A DNA stretch of 64,000 nucleotides from Octopus vulgaris (lineage: Eukaryota). A model generated the notes under the pieces. That model was not told the DNA's origin and made no database searches. It saw only the letters and a program-made list of their open reading frames with translations. The DNA lies in contig OX597821.1 in NCBI GenBank assembly GCA_951406725.2, forward strand, positions 19,530,001 to 19,594,000, read 5' to 3'. A program made the position numbers and the translations under genes. This document shows, one piece after another, positions 1 through 13,449 of this stretch (its first letter is position 1; every line of letters begins with the position of its first letter).

Positions 1-77
1 CCCTAGGTGCCACGCAGTGGGACTGAATCCGGAACCATGTGGTTGGTAAACAATCCACTTACCACACAGCCACTCCT
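1..77 (-). mobile_element. SINE family A (tRNA-derived head), fragment at window edge
   Basis: Reverse complement matches the head of the copy at 35043 (aggagtggctgtgtggtaagt...ggttccggattcagtcccactgcgtggcac). Confidence 0.85.
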
Positions 78-1241
78 TCGTGACTAAAAGAAAGATAAAA
101 TAAACTTTTAATAAACGAGTCGCTATATTACCTTCTAGGTTTGATACTTCGACATGCTCTGAGTTACATTTAAAGCTAACCATGTTGCCTGTTAAGTTTA
201 ATGTGTCAACATGTTTTCTGTCATTTTTAAAGAGTCATCTTATTATCAGTTAAATTAAACGCTACAAAAATAAAACACAGCACTACAATATGGAAAGAAA
301 ACAAAAAGTAAAATTATTTACGGTACAAAAAATCCAGAAACTTATACGAATTAGAGCCTCACAAATGTTGTTTCATATTTATCAAACCTTATCTCTATGT
401 AGAAGACGCAACAGTAGTCATTAAATGCCCGGCCGCACATTTATTGCATCTGAATTCGATTGAATCTAATTAATGAATCGCTGGAAGTAATTTCATCAAG
501 CTAGGAATATCGAGAAACGTTATAGATTCCATTGGGTCCCGATCATAGTATATTTTGGGAAGAAATTATGAGTCATTAAAGTCTACTGATACTACAATTG
601 CTCTGTGTACTATTTATTTCAAGAGGCATTTTCTATACATAGGCCAAGTAATTATGTAATTACAATCGCGTAAAAAGTTGGTATTCATGAATTTTGCGTT
701 GTAGTTATATATTTCTGGTCAATTACCTCCATCCATCCCTTGTCTGTTTTAACACGTTTTTGTTTAAGACTGTGATATCGATAGGATACCTTACCATACA
801 TTATTATATATTTTAGGAAGACTCTTGTCATACGTTTAGTTACATATCACTTATGAGGAAAGTGATTACCTCTTATATTTGTATTTCTACCTGTAGTATT
901 ATTTGTGTTACTATACATTTTTCAAACTGTCAATGAAATTGCTTCCGATTCATTATGTAAATATTTCTTTCAATTGATAGAGTACACATGTTTAGTAATA
1001 TAGTTCGTAGTTGGCTTTTGATCATGAGAATTTGGGTAGTATATATATTGAGGCATACATTTCTTTTGTCGTGTTTAAGTTAATGTTTTCCCTGATTTTA
1101 GCTTTAATACAGCACGCCTGTAATTTACACGCGATAGCTTTGTTTTTATTGAAACCTTTACACTGATTTCACTAATAATAATAATAATCGTTTTTCACGC
1201 TTTTCAGAGTATTTCCATTTATCCCACTATTGTCCTATATT

Positions 1242-1553
1242 TTTTCTCGCCCTTTTCAAGCCTAAGCAGGCTCATGGGCCCGGTTTCCTGGTTTCTGTGG
1301 CGTATGTGTTCCCCCCAGCTGGACGGAACGCCAGTCCATCGCAGCGTTAATAAAGAAACAGGAAGAGAGAGTGAGAGAAAGTTGTGGTGAAAGAGTACAA
1401 CAGAGGTCACCACCCCGCAACCCTGCCGGAGCCTCGTGGAGCTTTTAGGTATTTTCGCTCAATAAACACACACAACGCCTGGTCTGAGAATCGAAACCGC
1501 GATCCTCCTACCGCGAGTCCGCTGTCCTAACCATTGAGACAATGCGCATCCAC
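1242..1553 (-). mobile_element. tRNA-derived SINE family B (OR-like octopus SINE), alternative-tail variant
   Basis: Minus-strand head gtggatgcgcattgtctcaatggttagg...ggtttcgattctcagacc has A/B boxes and is homologous to the 7349 copy. 13-bp TSD attgtcctatatt at 1229-1241 and 1554-1566. Confidence 0.9.
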
Positions 1554-2485
1554 ATTGTCCTATATTAGTGAATTCTTTTTTTAGTGTGTATGGGGTATGA
1601 CAATTTTGAAATAGCTGCTCCCTGAAAGTTGTCTATGTGAACACTGAAATGTTCATTGTAGCGTTTCGAAACAGAAGAAATTGTCAAAAGTTGTAGTGAC
1701 AAAGTAATGCTTCCTCGGATGCTACAGCTTTCTTAACGTGTACTCTACACGTAAATTGGTAATATTCTGCACTAGTGAGATGCTTGAATATACAAACGTT
1801 GGATATTTTTAACTACATGATTTAGGGATTTATGTATTTCACTTGTGTTATACTTGTTTGTGATGCACTTGTGTAATAGAAATTATATTTTATTTCCTTT
1901 TGTTTACAAATTGACATCTTGTAAGGTTGCTGAACCCATATTGCTGGTGTGACTCGGTAAAACAATATCTAGTTCCCATGGCTCGAGGTGCTCAATTCAT
2001 TTGACTAAATTTAACATATTTCGGATAACATTGGGGTAGTTATATAAATCGTTTCATCATGAGATTGATTTAAGGCCAATTCGAACTTATCGACACCCAT
2101 AACTTCCGGTTGATTATGCACTGGTTCGAAGTCATTTATTGTCAAACGATATGTTGTCGGTGACAATGACGCAAAAGAATGTATCTCATTCCAGTTGCCT
2201 TAGGAAGTGAGCTATATTTTATATATGGAGCTATCATATTATAACGAAATCGCGCTCTCTCACTCATGGTATTTCGAGGTAATGGATATAATTCAATTTA
2301 AAGAATACACTGTAAAACAGACAACACATTTGTAATCCCACAAAAATATTGCATGTCATTTTAAAGTATAGCAAACTAAGCTGGAAGAGACGAAATTATG
2401 ATAATGAAAATGCGAGAAAAATATTCTATATCGAACATTCATCGTCAAAAGTTATACACATAGCTAAATATAAATAGACAGACAT

Positions 2486-2487
<2 letters not shown>

Positions 2488-2545
<58 letters not shown>

Positions 2546-2588
2546 GTAGATAGATAGGTAGGTAGATAGATGGATAGATAGATAGATG

Positions 2589-2659
<71 letters not shown>
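2488..2659. repeat. (GATA)n microsatellite; representative of dozens of (TA)n, (CA)n, (GATA)n, (CATA)n and (AAT)n tracts across the window
   Basis: Directly visible tandem repeat; source of the spurious 'IYLS' ORFs. Confidence 0.97.
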
Positions 2660-2660
<1 letters not shown>

Positions 2661-2752
2661 TAAAGAGACAGATTCTTATGTAAATGCACATATAAATAGA
2701 GGGATAAATAGGTGGATATATTGATAAATATTTAGATAGGCATTCATGCATT

Positions 2753-2811
<59 letters not shown>

Positions 2812-2813
<2 letters not shown>

Positions 2814-3278
2814 CAATATAGGGTGGCAAGGAAAATTTTGTAGAATTTTTTTGCCACCAGCGGCCAGTGGGAAAAAATTAAATAGTCATAGACCATTTTT
2901 AAGTTCAACATTAACAATTAAGGAACGGCCATAATAGGCCATTCACCCACTAGAAATAACAGCCAAAGCTTCTACCGCAAATAAAGATCAATTCCGTAAA
3001 CAGGAGAAAATTAAAAAAACATTTACCCTGTAATTTCTTGTACGGTATACCGTTTCATCTGCTGTTTAATGGTAAACTAACCTGATTAAATTAAATCAAG
3101 CCAATCTTCCATAAGCCCTCAGATTCTTCAGCAAGAAATAGCTCAAGTCGGAACAGATATTTACACGAGGCATACCCAATCCTGCCAAGGCAATATCTGG
3201 ATTAAATTAAATCAAGCCAATCTTCCATAAGCCCTCAGATTCTTCAGCAAGAAATAGCTCAAGTCGGAACAGATATTG

Positions 3279-3281
<3 letters not shown>
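2812..3281 (-). mobile_element. Non-coding Penelope-like pLTR fragment between (TA)n tracts, containing a hammerhead ribozyme
   Basis: (TA)n on both sides, HHR at 3033-3139, and homology to the plus-strand fragment at 21850-22130. Confidence 0.75.
3033..3139 (-). ncRNA. Type I hammerhead ribozyme with canonical core and extended stem II
   Basis: Minus strand reads atttcttg-CTGAAGA-atctg...cagat-GAAAC-ggtatacc-GTA-caagaaat: 8-bp stem I, 5-bp stem II base, palindromic stem III, GUA cleavage triplet. Confidence 0.85.
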
Positions 3282-3337
<56 letters not shown>

Positions 3338-3342
3338 TAGAA

Positions 3343-3426
<84 letters not shown>

Positions 3427-3429
3427 ATA

Positions 3430-4551
3430 GAAAATAGTAAAAAGTGAAAAAACTACAGAAGGCTTAAATGTTAAAAAATATATATTTGTGTCAATATGTC
3501 TGAAGAATATTAAAAAAAATTTTTCTCTTATAATGACATAGTTTTGAAGAAAGACCGGTTTCGCATTTAGCTTTTGAAATTTCTTACGACGTTATGTTTA
3601 TGTTGAATAGAGTTATCGTTATGTTCATGTTCAAAAGAGTTCTAAATAAGGGGAGGTAATGAGTGATTTCTTCCGGTGTAAGGGAGATAATCGCTTAAAT
3701 TTTTTCCTTTCCATTGGTGTGAATTTCTCTGTATCAGTATGTTGGGATGGTTAAGTCTGGGCTTGTACTTTTCAATGAAGAATGTTTCCTTGTTTAGTCT
3801 AATTTGTGTTGATGATCCGATAGCACATTGGTAAAATGGAAAGATTAAAAATTGTGGTAGTAGTTGCTTTGCGCATTTCTCAATGTGCTCACTAAAAGGT
3901 ATCATTCTGTATTCTGGGAATGCAATCTGTTGTCGATGCAGTGTGCATCTACGTCTGAGTGATAGTCCCGTGGATCCCACGTAGTCTTGGTGGCAGCCCG
4001 AGCATTTTATGACATAACTTATGCTTTCAGAGGCACAAGTAAAGTTAGATTTGATCTTGAATTTCTGTCCCTCTTTAAAGAGGAATTCTGATCCTTCTAG
4101 CAGGTTTGGACATATTGCACAGTTCGATCTACCACATTTTTTTACTTTTGCATCCGTAATTTCAGAAGACAATTTTGCCTTTGTGAGAATCTTTTTAAGT
4201 GATTTGGGTTGTTTGTAGCTTTTAATGATTTGGTGTATGTTTAGAATTTCCTTTAATTTGGGGTCCTTATGAAGTATTGGTAAATTCTGGGTGATGATGG
4301 TGAAGGCTTCTTTGTTTCTGGGGTTGTATGTAGATATGTAAGGTAGTATTTTCGGGGAAGGTGTGTTGTTGTGTTGAACTTTTCTTAAAGTTTCTATGTT
4401 GATTTCTGTTGGACGTCTGATCCCATCCTCTATGAGTTGAGTTGGGTAATGTCTGTCAATTAGGGTGTTTTTGAGTTCTTGCAGTCTAAAGTTCCTGGTA
4501 TTTTGTTTGGCGTCTGTGGCTTTGTAAAAAATGTCTGTTTCTATTTTAAGG
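3430..4551 (-). mobile_element. 5'-truncated Penelope-like retroelement (Neptune-type): RT C-terminus, Cys linker, GIY-YIG endonuclease and 3' pLTR
   Basis: Coding remnant at 3642-4551, followed by an HHR-like fold at 3547-3585 and then a (TA)n tract. Confidence 0.9.
3642..4551 (-). pseudogene. PLE RT thumb plus GIY-YIG endonuclease fragment
   Basis: Open frame extends upstream of the listed ORF: ETDIFYKATDAKQ (then an apparent in-frame deletion)...LPYISTYNP...KCGRSNCAIC...FTCASESISYVIKCSGCHQDYVGST...RCTLHR...ETFFIEKYKPRLN. Confidence 0.9.
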
Positions 4552-4635
4552 TTATATATATATACATAAACATACGAAGATACATATAAATAGATACATA
4601 GATAAATAGACAGACTGACAGATAGATAGGTAGAT

Positions 4636-4674
<39 letters not shown>

Positions 4675-4932
4675 AGGAAAGAAAGATATTTTAACTGTTC
4701 TTATCACGTGTTTATGAAAGCACAGGCTCCTTTTGCGCGCTTTGATTGAATATTGCTGATTGACAAAATTACTATGTACATAGCAACATCAATTCAAGCG
4801 TTTCGTTGCAGTACGAAGTTTGATGATATGAAAATTCATGTGCGTATACGTACATATAAACACACACACACACATGCACATATATATATAAATAAATACG
4901 TATATTATACACTATTCATATATGAATTTATG

Positions 4933-4975
<43 letters not shown>

Positions 4976-5804
4976 GTATGTGTATCTATCTATATTTATA
5001 CTCTCAAGTGCACCAAGTATATATGCATGTGAATATGATGCATATATGTTTTCTTCTCACTCTATAAATACATACTTCATCAAACCTATCTCTCCGTACA
5101 GCATGATCGATACAAGTAATAACAACACGATATACACCATTCTAATTCCACTGTATCAAATATCCCATCTTTCTCGTTTCCAATAAAGACCGATTTAATA
5201 CAACACACCATGTGTGTATGATATCTTTCATCAAACATTTTTAATCTATTTATTTCCTAACGTGTTCCTAATGAAAGGAACATCCCGCTACCTTTTCTAT
5301 CAGAATGTCTACGATCATGCTGAACGTAATGCTTTACGAAATAAAAAAAACACGGTTTCCTGGAGATCATTTACACTTCATATTCATGCTGATAGAGATA
5401 ATAATAACTAGCGTTAGCTGCCATATCAAAATAAGCTCTTAAAAGAATAAAAAAAGATATTTCTGATATGCTTCACTATGTGTATGTTTTTGGTGTATAC
5501 AATATGATGTGGTGCTTAACTGGGTGATTAAGAAATCAAAAGCTTGATGTTCTCATGATTTAGAGTGTACTGTCATGAAATCGTTCCATTGCATCTGACT
5601 TCTGATTCATGCCAAACCTCTCAAAATACGCGCTCACATTGACTCACATGTGCGCTAGAACACGCACACGTCCACCCCCATATATGTGTGTGTGTGTGTG
5701 CAGATAAATATATACATATATATATGCATAGATAGATAGATAGAAAGATAGATAGAGAAATAGATATAGCATAATCATAATAAACATTTATTTGAGTATA
5801 AATT

Positions 5805-5885
<81 letters not shown>

Positions 5886-6225
5886 GTGTATGTATGCACA
5901 CACATACACAGGGTGCGATGAATAAATTGTCGTCTAAATTACGCAAAAATGAAAATAACACGTATATTCGATTTTAACAGATACATATTTACCAAAGTTA
6001 CATAAAATTATCTTGAGATACTAGGGAGTAAATTTATTCAAGCCTACGAAAGCATACGAAAAGCCTACGAAAGTATAGAGCTCTCACTACTAAACATATA
6101 CTAAAAACATATTCGCAGAAAGTCTTTTAGAAATTGCATATGGAAAGTAATTTCCTATCTATATTAATATTATCTATAAAGGTGGTCATATACCAGCTGC
6201 CAATATAAAGGCATTTTTCTTTAGT

Positions 6226-6560
6226 ATTGGGTTAGCAAGAAAGTAATCTCGTTGTTTTAGCGCGAAATACAAGTCATTTTGTAATCATACAAAGAATGAT
6301 TTTAACCAATTATATATTCTCCATTTTGTTCCATAACATGTTTCCATCTTTCTGGCAAATTCATGATTCCTGACTCATAGAACTTATCGTCCTTATCAGC
6401 CCAAAACTGAAGCAACTGCGATTTCAGGTAATCACCGTTATTGAAAGTTTTATCATTCAAATTATTTCGAAATAAACGGTAATCTAATGGTGCAAAATCA
6501 GGGCTATGTGGTGGATGTGACATCGTTTCATAATCAGTGGTTTCTTGATACCGCACGTCT
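6226..6560 (-). mobile_element. Mariner transposon 3' remnant with TIR
   Basis: HPPHSPDFAPLDYRLF...FYESGIMNLPERWKHVMEQNGEYI motif; TA-ttgggttagcaagaaagtaa TIR-like end at about 6226. Confidence 0.85.
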
Positions 6561-6936
6561 TAAAGTGACTTTCGAGGACAAGATTCCGCTGGTATTAAGA
6601 GTTTAAGCAAAACACATATATTGTTTGACCAATATGTGCATATGCAAGTTTGGACAAACACATAGACACACAGACACACACACACACACACACACAAGGA
6701 GATGATTAACCCAGATTTTATTCATTAAACGCTTACAATGAAAAGCAGGCGTATTTCAGATAGTAATTACCTTTTTTACGCAGTACACAGGTGGGGAATG
6801 AAAATATTATGCAGGAACACGAAGACTCCTTAACAACTCTCTAGAAACTCGAATACTTTCAAGGAAGAATAGTAATATTGAGTTGAACTATTACACGAGC
6901 CGCACTAATCATTCAGTGTGAAGTTTTTAATATTCG

Positions 6937-7161
6937 TTTCTACTCTAATGACAAGGCCTTAGTTGTTGAGGGAAAAGTCTAGTCGAATATATCGATACCA
7001 GTGTTCAACTGGTACTTGTTCATAGACCTCATAAAGGATGAAAGCCAAAGTCGACAGCGGCGTAGTTTGAACTCAGAACATAGAGCTGAGCATTTGAAAT
7101 CAGAACGTAAAGCGAAGCATACTATCTGGCGCGGTAACGATCCCACCAGCTCCCAGCCTTA
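6937..7161 (-). mobile_element. SINE family C (Nin/Deu-domain-like), diverged
   Basis: aaaggatgaaagccaaagtcgac...tttgaactcagaac, homologous to the 25963 copy. Confidence 0.75.
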
Positions 7162-7348
7162 GTGCTTTTAACGATGTGCGCAACCAATTTATTGAGAAAT
7201 CCCGGGTGCTTTATTGTGAAATAAAGAAAGAAATGTTTTTACTAAGTCTTGTTTCACTTGGAACGTAGCCATATCTTGGGAAGAGGATATACAAGGTCTC
7301 GGCATAGATTCGCATCTTCAAAATAACTTAATACATAATTTATACTCT

Positions 7349-7736
7349 GGATGGAAGCACTCCGTCGGTTACGACGACGAGGGTTCCGGTTGATCCGAAT
7401 CAACGGAACAGCCTGCTCGTAAAATTAACGTGTAAGTGGCTGAGCACTCCACAGACACGTGTACCCTTAACGTAGTTCTCGGGGATATTCAGCGTGACAC
7501 AGTGAGTGACAAGGCCGGCCCTTTCAAATACAGGTACAACAGAAACAGGAAGTAAGAGTGAGAGAAAGTTGTGGTGAAAGAGTACAGCAGGGATCACCAC
7601 CATCCGCTGCTGGAGGCTCGTGGAGCTTTAGGTGTTTTCGCTCAATAAACACTCACAACGCCCGGTCTGGGAACCGAAACCGCGATCCTATAATCGCGAG
7701 TCCGCTGCCCTAACCACTGGGCCATTGCGCCTCCAC
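7349..7736 (-). mobile_element. Full-length SINE family B (OR-like)
   Basis: tRNA-like head gtggaggcgcaatggcccagtggttagggcagcggactcgcg...ggtttcggttccc; 20-bp TSD taatacataatttatactct at 7329-7348 and 7737-7756. Confidence 0.95.
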
Positions 7737-8446
7737 TAATACATAATTTATACTCTACAGTGTAAGTGTAGCGTGGTCAAGTGGTTAAGAAATTCACTTC
7801 GCATATATGAGGTGCCGGATTCGATTAGAAAGACCATTTTATAGAAATTACTTTTTTTCTAATTATCCAGTCAGCCAATACATTGCGAGTGGTACTGGGT
7901 AAACAGAACCTATATTGAAAAAGCCTACCAAGTGAACTGTAATTGTAATAGAAAACATGGAGTCATATTGTACACTGCGCGTCATGCTGAATCTGTCTGA
8001 TAACTAAGCTCTACGTACACGTATCTGCGGAATACTCAGCCATTTACACGTTAATTAAGGAGCACATTATTCGGTTGATTGAAAAACTGGATCCTTATCG
8101 TTGACAAAGATCAGTCAGAGATGTACTCTACACATTCTTAACTGAAAAACACTGTCGCTGCTTTTCGCCACTATATAACGCATTATTAACAAGCATACAT
8201 ACATGCATACATACATACATACATACATACATACATACATACATACATACATACATACATACATACATACATGCATGCATACACGCATATATACACACAT
8301 ACATACATACACGCATATATACACACATATATACATACATATTCACAACCCTGTATATATACATACAAATATATATGTATAGATAGATGTATCTATATAC
8401 ATACATACATGCATACATACATACATACATACATATACATACATAT

Positions 8447-8509
<63 letters not shown>

Positions 8510-8698
8510 CACAGACGCAAACACATCTTAGCAGAATATAGACATCGGTGAAATTTTCTGGGTCACAAACGGAGCCACTAATCAATATCTTTTACCATTT
8601 CCTTTCTCTTTTCATCCTCTTTTACCCTCTTTCTTTCTTTCTTTCTTTCCTATTTCCTTCCTTCTTTCCTTCTTTCTTTTTTCCTTTCACTCTTCTTT

Positions 8699-8749
<51 letters not shown>

Positions 8750-10645
8750 CTGTCTTTATGTATATTTTTTACATTATTTATTTATTGTAGCTACTTACCT
8801 TTCTGCCGTAGCTAACCTTTTGCCAAGTTAATGTCAACATTGATGGACTGTCTTATACGCTGATGAGAAAGAGCACAGCTTTATATAATTAATTTCTATT
8901 AGACTTTTGTTTCCTGATCTAATAATGATAGCCTACTGTCTTGGTAGATGCCTGACCAATAGTAGCTGCTGGCTCGAATCCTGTCAACAATTTTCTAATA
9001 ATATACATTGGTTTACAGAACAGAATCACACTATTCTAAGTTAATAAATGTTTCTCCTGTCATTTCCATATATTCTGGTTTGAATCTGTCACTACGGGCT
9101 CAGTAAGATGTCTTGTTAAAGTAAAGTCAACAGTCATTTACAGGCGATTATGACTGGTGGCATGTTTTCTTTAATCTACTATAGGTGTTTATGTAGTCCC
9201 CAGCACACTTTTGCCAGCACTTTCGTGGTCAACATTATGTGGTGAAACACCCCCGATTTAACAGGTGGAAGGAGGGGAAGTGGCATTAATTATGCTGCCA
9301 CTCATTTTAACTTAGAAGACTGCGCGAAAAGGAGATGAAGAGTTTTCCTCAAGGACTCGTTACGCCGCCTTGGCAGAACTACAAACCACAGTTCTTTAAT
9401 GATGAGCTGAACACTTTGGCCACAAGGTCAGGCGCATTCATGCATTCATATGAAAAAATACAGTAATAAATTTTGCAGATATCATCTATGAGTTTCTGAA
9501 TAATAAGTTAGGTTCGTAAGGCTAGGAGGCACTACTGCGATATGATGTTGAAAAGTTACTACATGTGCTTAAAGAGTTGATGATGAATCTTATAATAAGC
9601 GGGTTCAATTGTTGTCATCACTGTGATAAATAAAGTTCCCTTAAAGAAATGAACAATCATGGTGTGATCAGTGGCCGGTCGATAAGATGTATACTTCTTT
9701 ATGCGATGTCGTGTATAATGAGCAGCGTAAATGGTTAGATCATACTGTAGTTGTGTCCGTCCACCTGCAAGACGGCATTCTGGGATATACAATTAAAGAG
9801 TATTTCGTGAGACTTTATTTCCTCACGTGAACATTGGATCTTTATTCCTACAGTGAAGCATTTAAGACCCCAATATTATTTTCAGTATATCAACAATATT
9901 TCACTGAAAATGCCAGTGGACTGATGCGATGTAGAATGTAATATTACTGTGGAATAAACTGGAATAAACTGTTCGTTTCATTTTATACTTTGTATTTAAC
10001 GATCATATATTAAATACAAATATTTAATAAAATATCTCTCAATATATGATTCGTTTAGAACTCCTAAAGATAATGCTTTCACGGTGGGATCATCAAAGCT
10101 CACCGCAAATTTCGTATTTTCTTATGTAAAGTGAGGCTACGTACAAGAAGCAAAAAGGAACCTTATACAGAAACTAATATCAAATATGCAGACTGATTTG
10201 AACTCGCTGTTCGATATCTTGGAAGTCTGATACTCAAGCCATTAATCTATACATCTGTGTAGTACATAAATTGAACATTTTTCCTTTAGTTTTTCATCAA
10301 GATATTTCCTTCACTTTTCATGACCAAAAACGTTAGAGTTCCGAAAGCGCAGTTTATTGATCCTGTATGTCAAAGTAAACTATTTTTATGGCATCAGACA
10401 TTGTATCAATAAACTTAGAGTAGCTTTAATCAGCAAGACCTCGGTGCCAGCCTCTGTTGATCTCCTCGATAGAATGAGCGTGATGAGAAGGCATTTTGTC
10501 ACGTACATATGATATATAGCTTCATATCTTACATGTAATTACTAACATGGAGTCCGTAGTCCGGACAACTAAAACAAGCTTTGTTAATTACTAGATCTTT
10601 ACCTCTGGGGAAATCATGAAACGAAGTTAATATGAAACATTATTA

Positions 10646-10725
<80 letters not shown>

Positions 10726-11157
10726 GCTGTTGTTGTTGGTAGTGGTGGTGGTAGTTTTGTTCTTGCAATGGTAATTTTCTCCAAATTTCTCAGTTTTAGC
10801 CACTTCGATCCTCATTCCCCAGTTGTCAAAAAGAATAATGATTGTAGTTTGTTTTACTTCGATAAATTCTTCCCTCTCAAATATTAAACTGTCAAAAATC
10901 ATTAGTGTATGAATTTAGGGCACAGACATATACATACACGTATACATGTTTACATATATATATACATACCTAAATACATGCGAATATATGTATGTGTGCA
11001 TGTGCGTGCGTGGGTGTATGTATGGGTCCTTTCGTCTCATAAACCAAGCGCAGTTCAATACCGCTGTCTCTATTCTTATGACTTTTTAAAGTGTAAATAT
11101 ATCAAAATTTATTCTCACACAGACACATACACACACACACAGAGACACACACACACA

Positions 11158-11206
<49 letters not shown>

Positions 11207-11351
11207 GCACAAACACACTTACAAGCATATTTAAATATATATAAGTATATGTGTGTATGTGTTTGAATGCGTTTAAGTGTGTGCGAGTGTGTGCGCACGT
11301 ACATGTATATGAGTCTAATTTTGTTCGTATAAATGGCTGCGAGTTTTTATC

Positions 11352-11533
11352 TATTTCTTTATTTTCCACAGGAGCTAAACACAAAGGGCAGAAAGAAGGA
11401 CAGACAAAGAGATTTAGCAGATTACATCGGCCACGGTGCGTAACTAGTACTTATTTAATCGATTTTGAAAGGATAAACGGCAAAGTCAACCTCGGCGGAG
11501 TTTGAACTCGGAACGTAACGGCAACCACAATAC
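11352..11533 (-). mobile_element. SINE family C fragment
   Basis: Homologous to 23390-23594 and 25963-26173. Confidence 0.8.
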
Positions 11534-11607
11534 TAAGTATTGAAATACTGGAATACAAATATTTTCATATATGTATTCTGATATGCAAGAACATAAACAT
11601 CCACATC

Positions 11608-11660
<53 letters not shown>

Positions 11661-11675
11661 GTATGTATGTTTTTA

Positions 11676-11854
11676 TGTGATAAATAAAGTTCCCTTAAAT
11701 ACCATCGATATGTGTCAGTGTACCAAGTGAAATGTTCTTAAAAGTGCGGTATGTAAATTAGAAAGTGTAGAGACGCAAGCAAGTATAAGGATAGAATGCT
11801 GAATACAAGATACGAATTTTGACACTTTATATCGTAGTAATACAAGGAATGTGA
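11676..11854 (+). repeat. Composite local duplication (templated insertion) of 9622-9645 plus 14227-14410
   Basis: Exact matches to both donor sites, joined at an AAA microhomology. Confidence 0.85.
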
Positions 11855-11885
11855 GATCTATTTATGTATGTATGTATATATGTAT

Positions 11886-12286
11886 GTTCTCGGGGATATT
11901 CAGCGTGACACGGAGAGTGACAAGGCTGGCCCTTTGAAATACAGGTACAACAGAAACAGGAAGTAAGAGTGAGAGAAAGTTGTGGTGAAAGAGTACAGCA
12001 GGGATCACCACCATCCCCTGCCAGAGCCTCGTGGAGCTTTGGGTGTTTTCGCTCAATAAATACTCACAACGCCCAATCTGGGAATCGAACAGCGATCCTA
12101 TGACCGCGAGTCCGCTGCCCTAACCACTGGGCCATTGCGCCTCCACTGAATATCCCCGAGAACTACGTTAAGGGTACACGTGTCTGTGGAGTGCTCAGCC
12201 ACTTACACGTTAATTTCAGGAGCAGGCTGTTCCATTGATTCGGATCAACCGGAACCCTCGTCGTCGTAACCGACGGAGTGCTTCCA
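11886..12286. mobile_element. SINE family B with 5' inversion
   Basis: Head and body on the minus strand (11886-12146), tail on the plus strand (12147-12286). 20-bp TSD tatgtatgtatatatgtatg at 11867-11886 and 12287-12306. Confidence 0.9.
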
Positions 12287-13321
12287 TATGTATGTATATA
12301 TGTATGGAAATACACACACATGCACACACATATAAATGGGTTTATGTGTGCCTGTGTGCATATACAGATCGATAGATGAATAAGGATAAACAAGTCCATA
12401 TGTATGTATACGTGTGAACACATTTTGCAGAACAAATGTATATATGTTAATGCGTATTAATTTTGTATGTAACGTCCTCACATATATATTTATAACTGTG
12501 AAGAATAACGTATACATTTGTAAGCTACTAATCTACCTGAAACTTTAAGTAATCTAAGTGAATTAATACTTCGCCATATTTTCAACGTCTTCCTTAATGT
12601 ATAAGAACAGATGAATGTTAGCAAACGAGAATATATATCTACCAAAATGTCAATCATCATTAATGTATATCTCGTTGTCTCTTAAATAAAATTTCCGTAC
12701 CTGTTCACTTCCAATTTGTTTTACATTTTTAATAAAAGTAGTAATGACAACGGGCTAGGTATTCTCATGGTTTTCGTAACCAGTGTGAGTTATGGCAGAA
12801 TATTGTCTTCATACCGAATTCACATATCTAAATTCTGGTTGTTAAATCGGGACACGAATTAAGTTTACAGATAACGAAGACAAATCATCTGTTAGTTAGG
12901 CTTCACTTAGTTTCCGTTGACCGCAAATCACTTTTAAATCTTTAGTCGACTCACGAATATTGCGGAAAATACTTACCCATGGTTCCTGGTAATTGTGAAG
13001 CGAACGTCTCCAAGTTCAAAACCAACATCTGGTTGGTTTGAACGATTTCCATTTTTTGCTTAGCATGTAGATTTTCCTCGATTTCTAGCTAAGCAGTAAT
13101 CCATCTTTTATTTTAGTTGACAAACGTGATTTTAATTAGATAAATACTGGAGAATGAGTGTTAATTGAGTTATGTAGTTCTAATGGTAACAGTAATAATA
13201 ATATAAATGGTGGATAAAGATACAAAGATAAGAGAATTACACGAAGAAGTGATAGATTCGGTACGACTAATGAAGTAGACAGCTACAGCACAGACACACA
13301 CGCGCGCGCATACACACGCGG

Positions 13322-13401
<80 letters not shown>

Positions 13402-13449
13402 CACTCTCACACACAGAGAAAATATGGTAATTCATTTCATCATCATTTA

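Noticed and set aside
7660-7736. tRNA-like sequence (also at about 1480-1553, 12075-12146, 33780-33852, 46665-46735)
   Set aside because: These are tRNA-derived SINE heads, continuous with SINE bodies and bracketed by TSDs; not tRNA genes.
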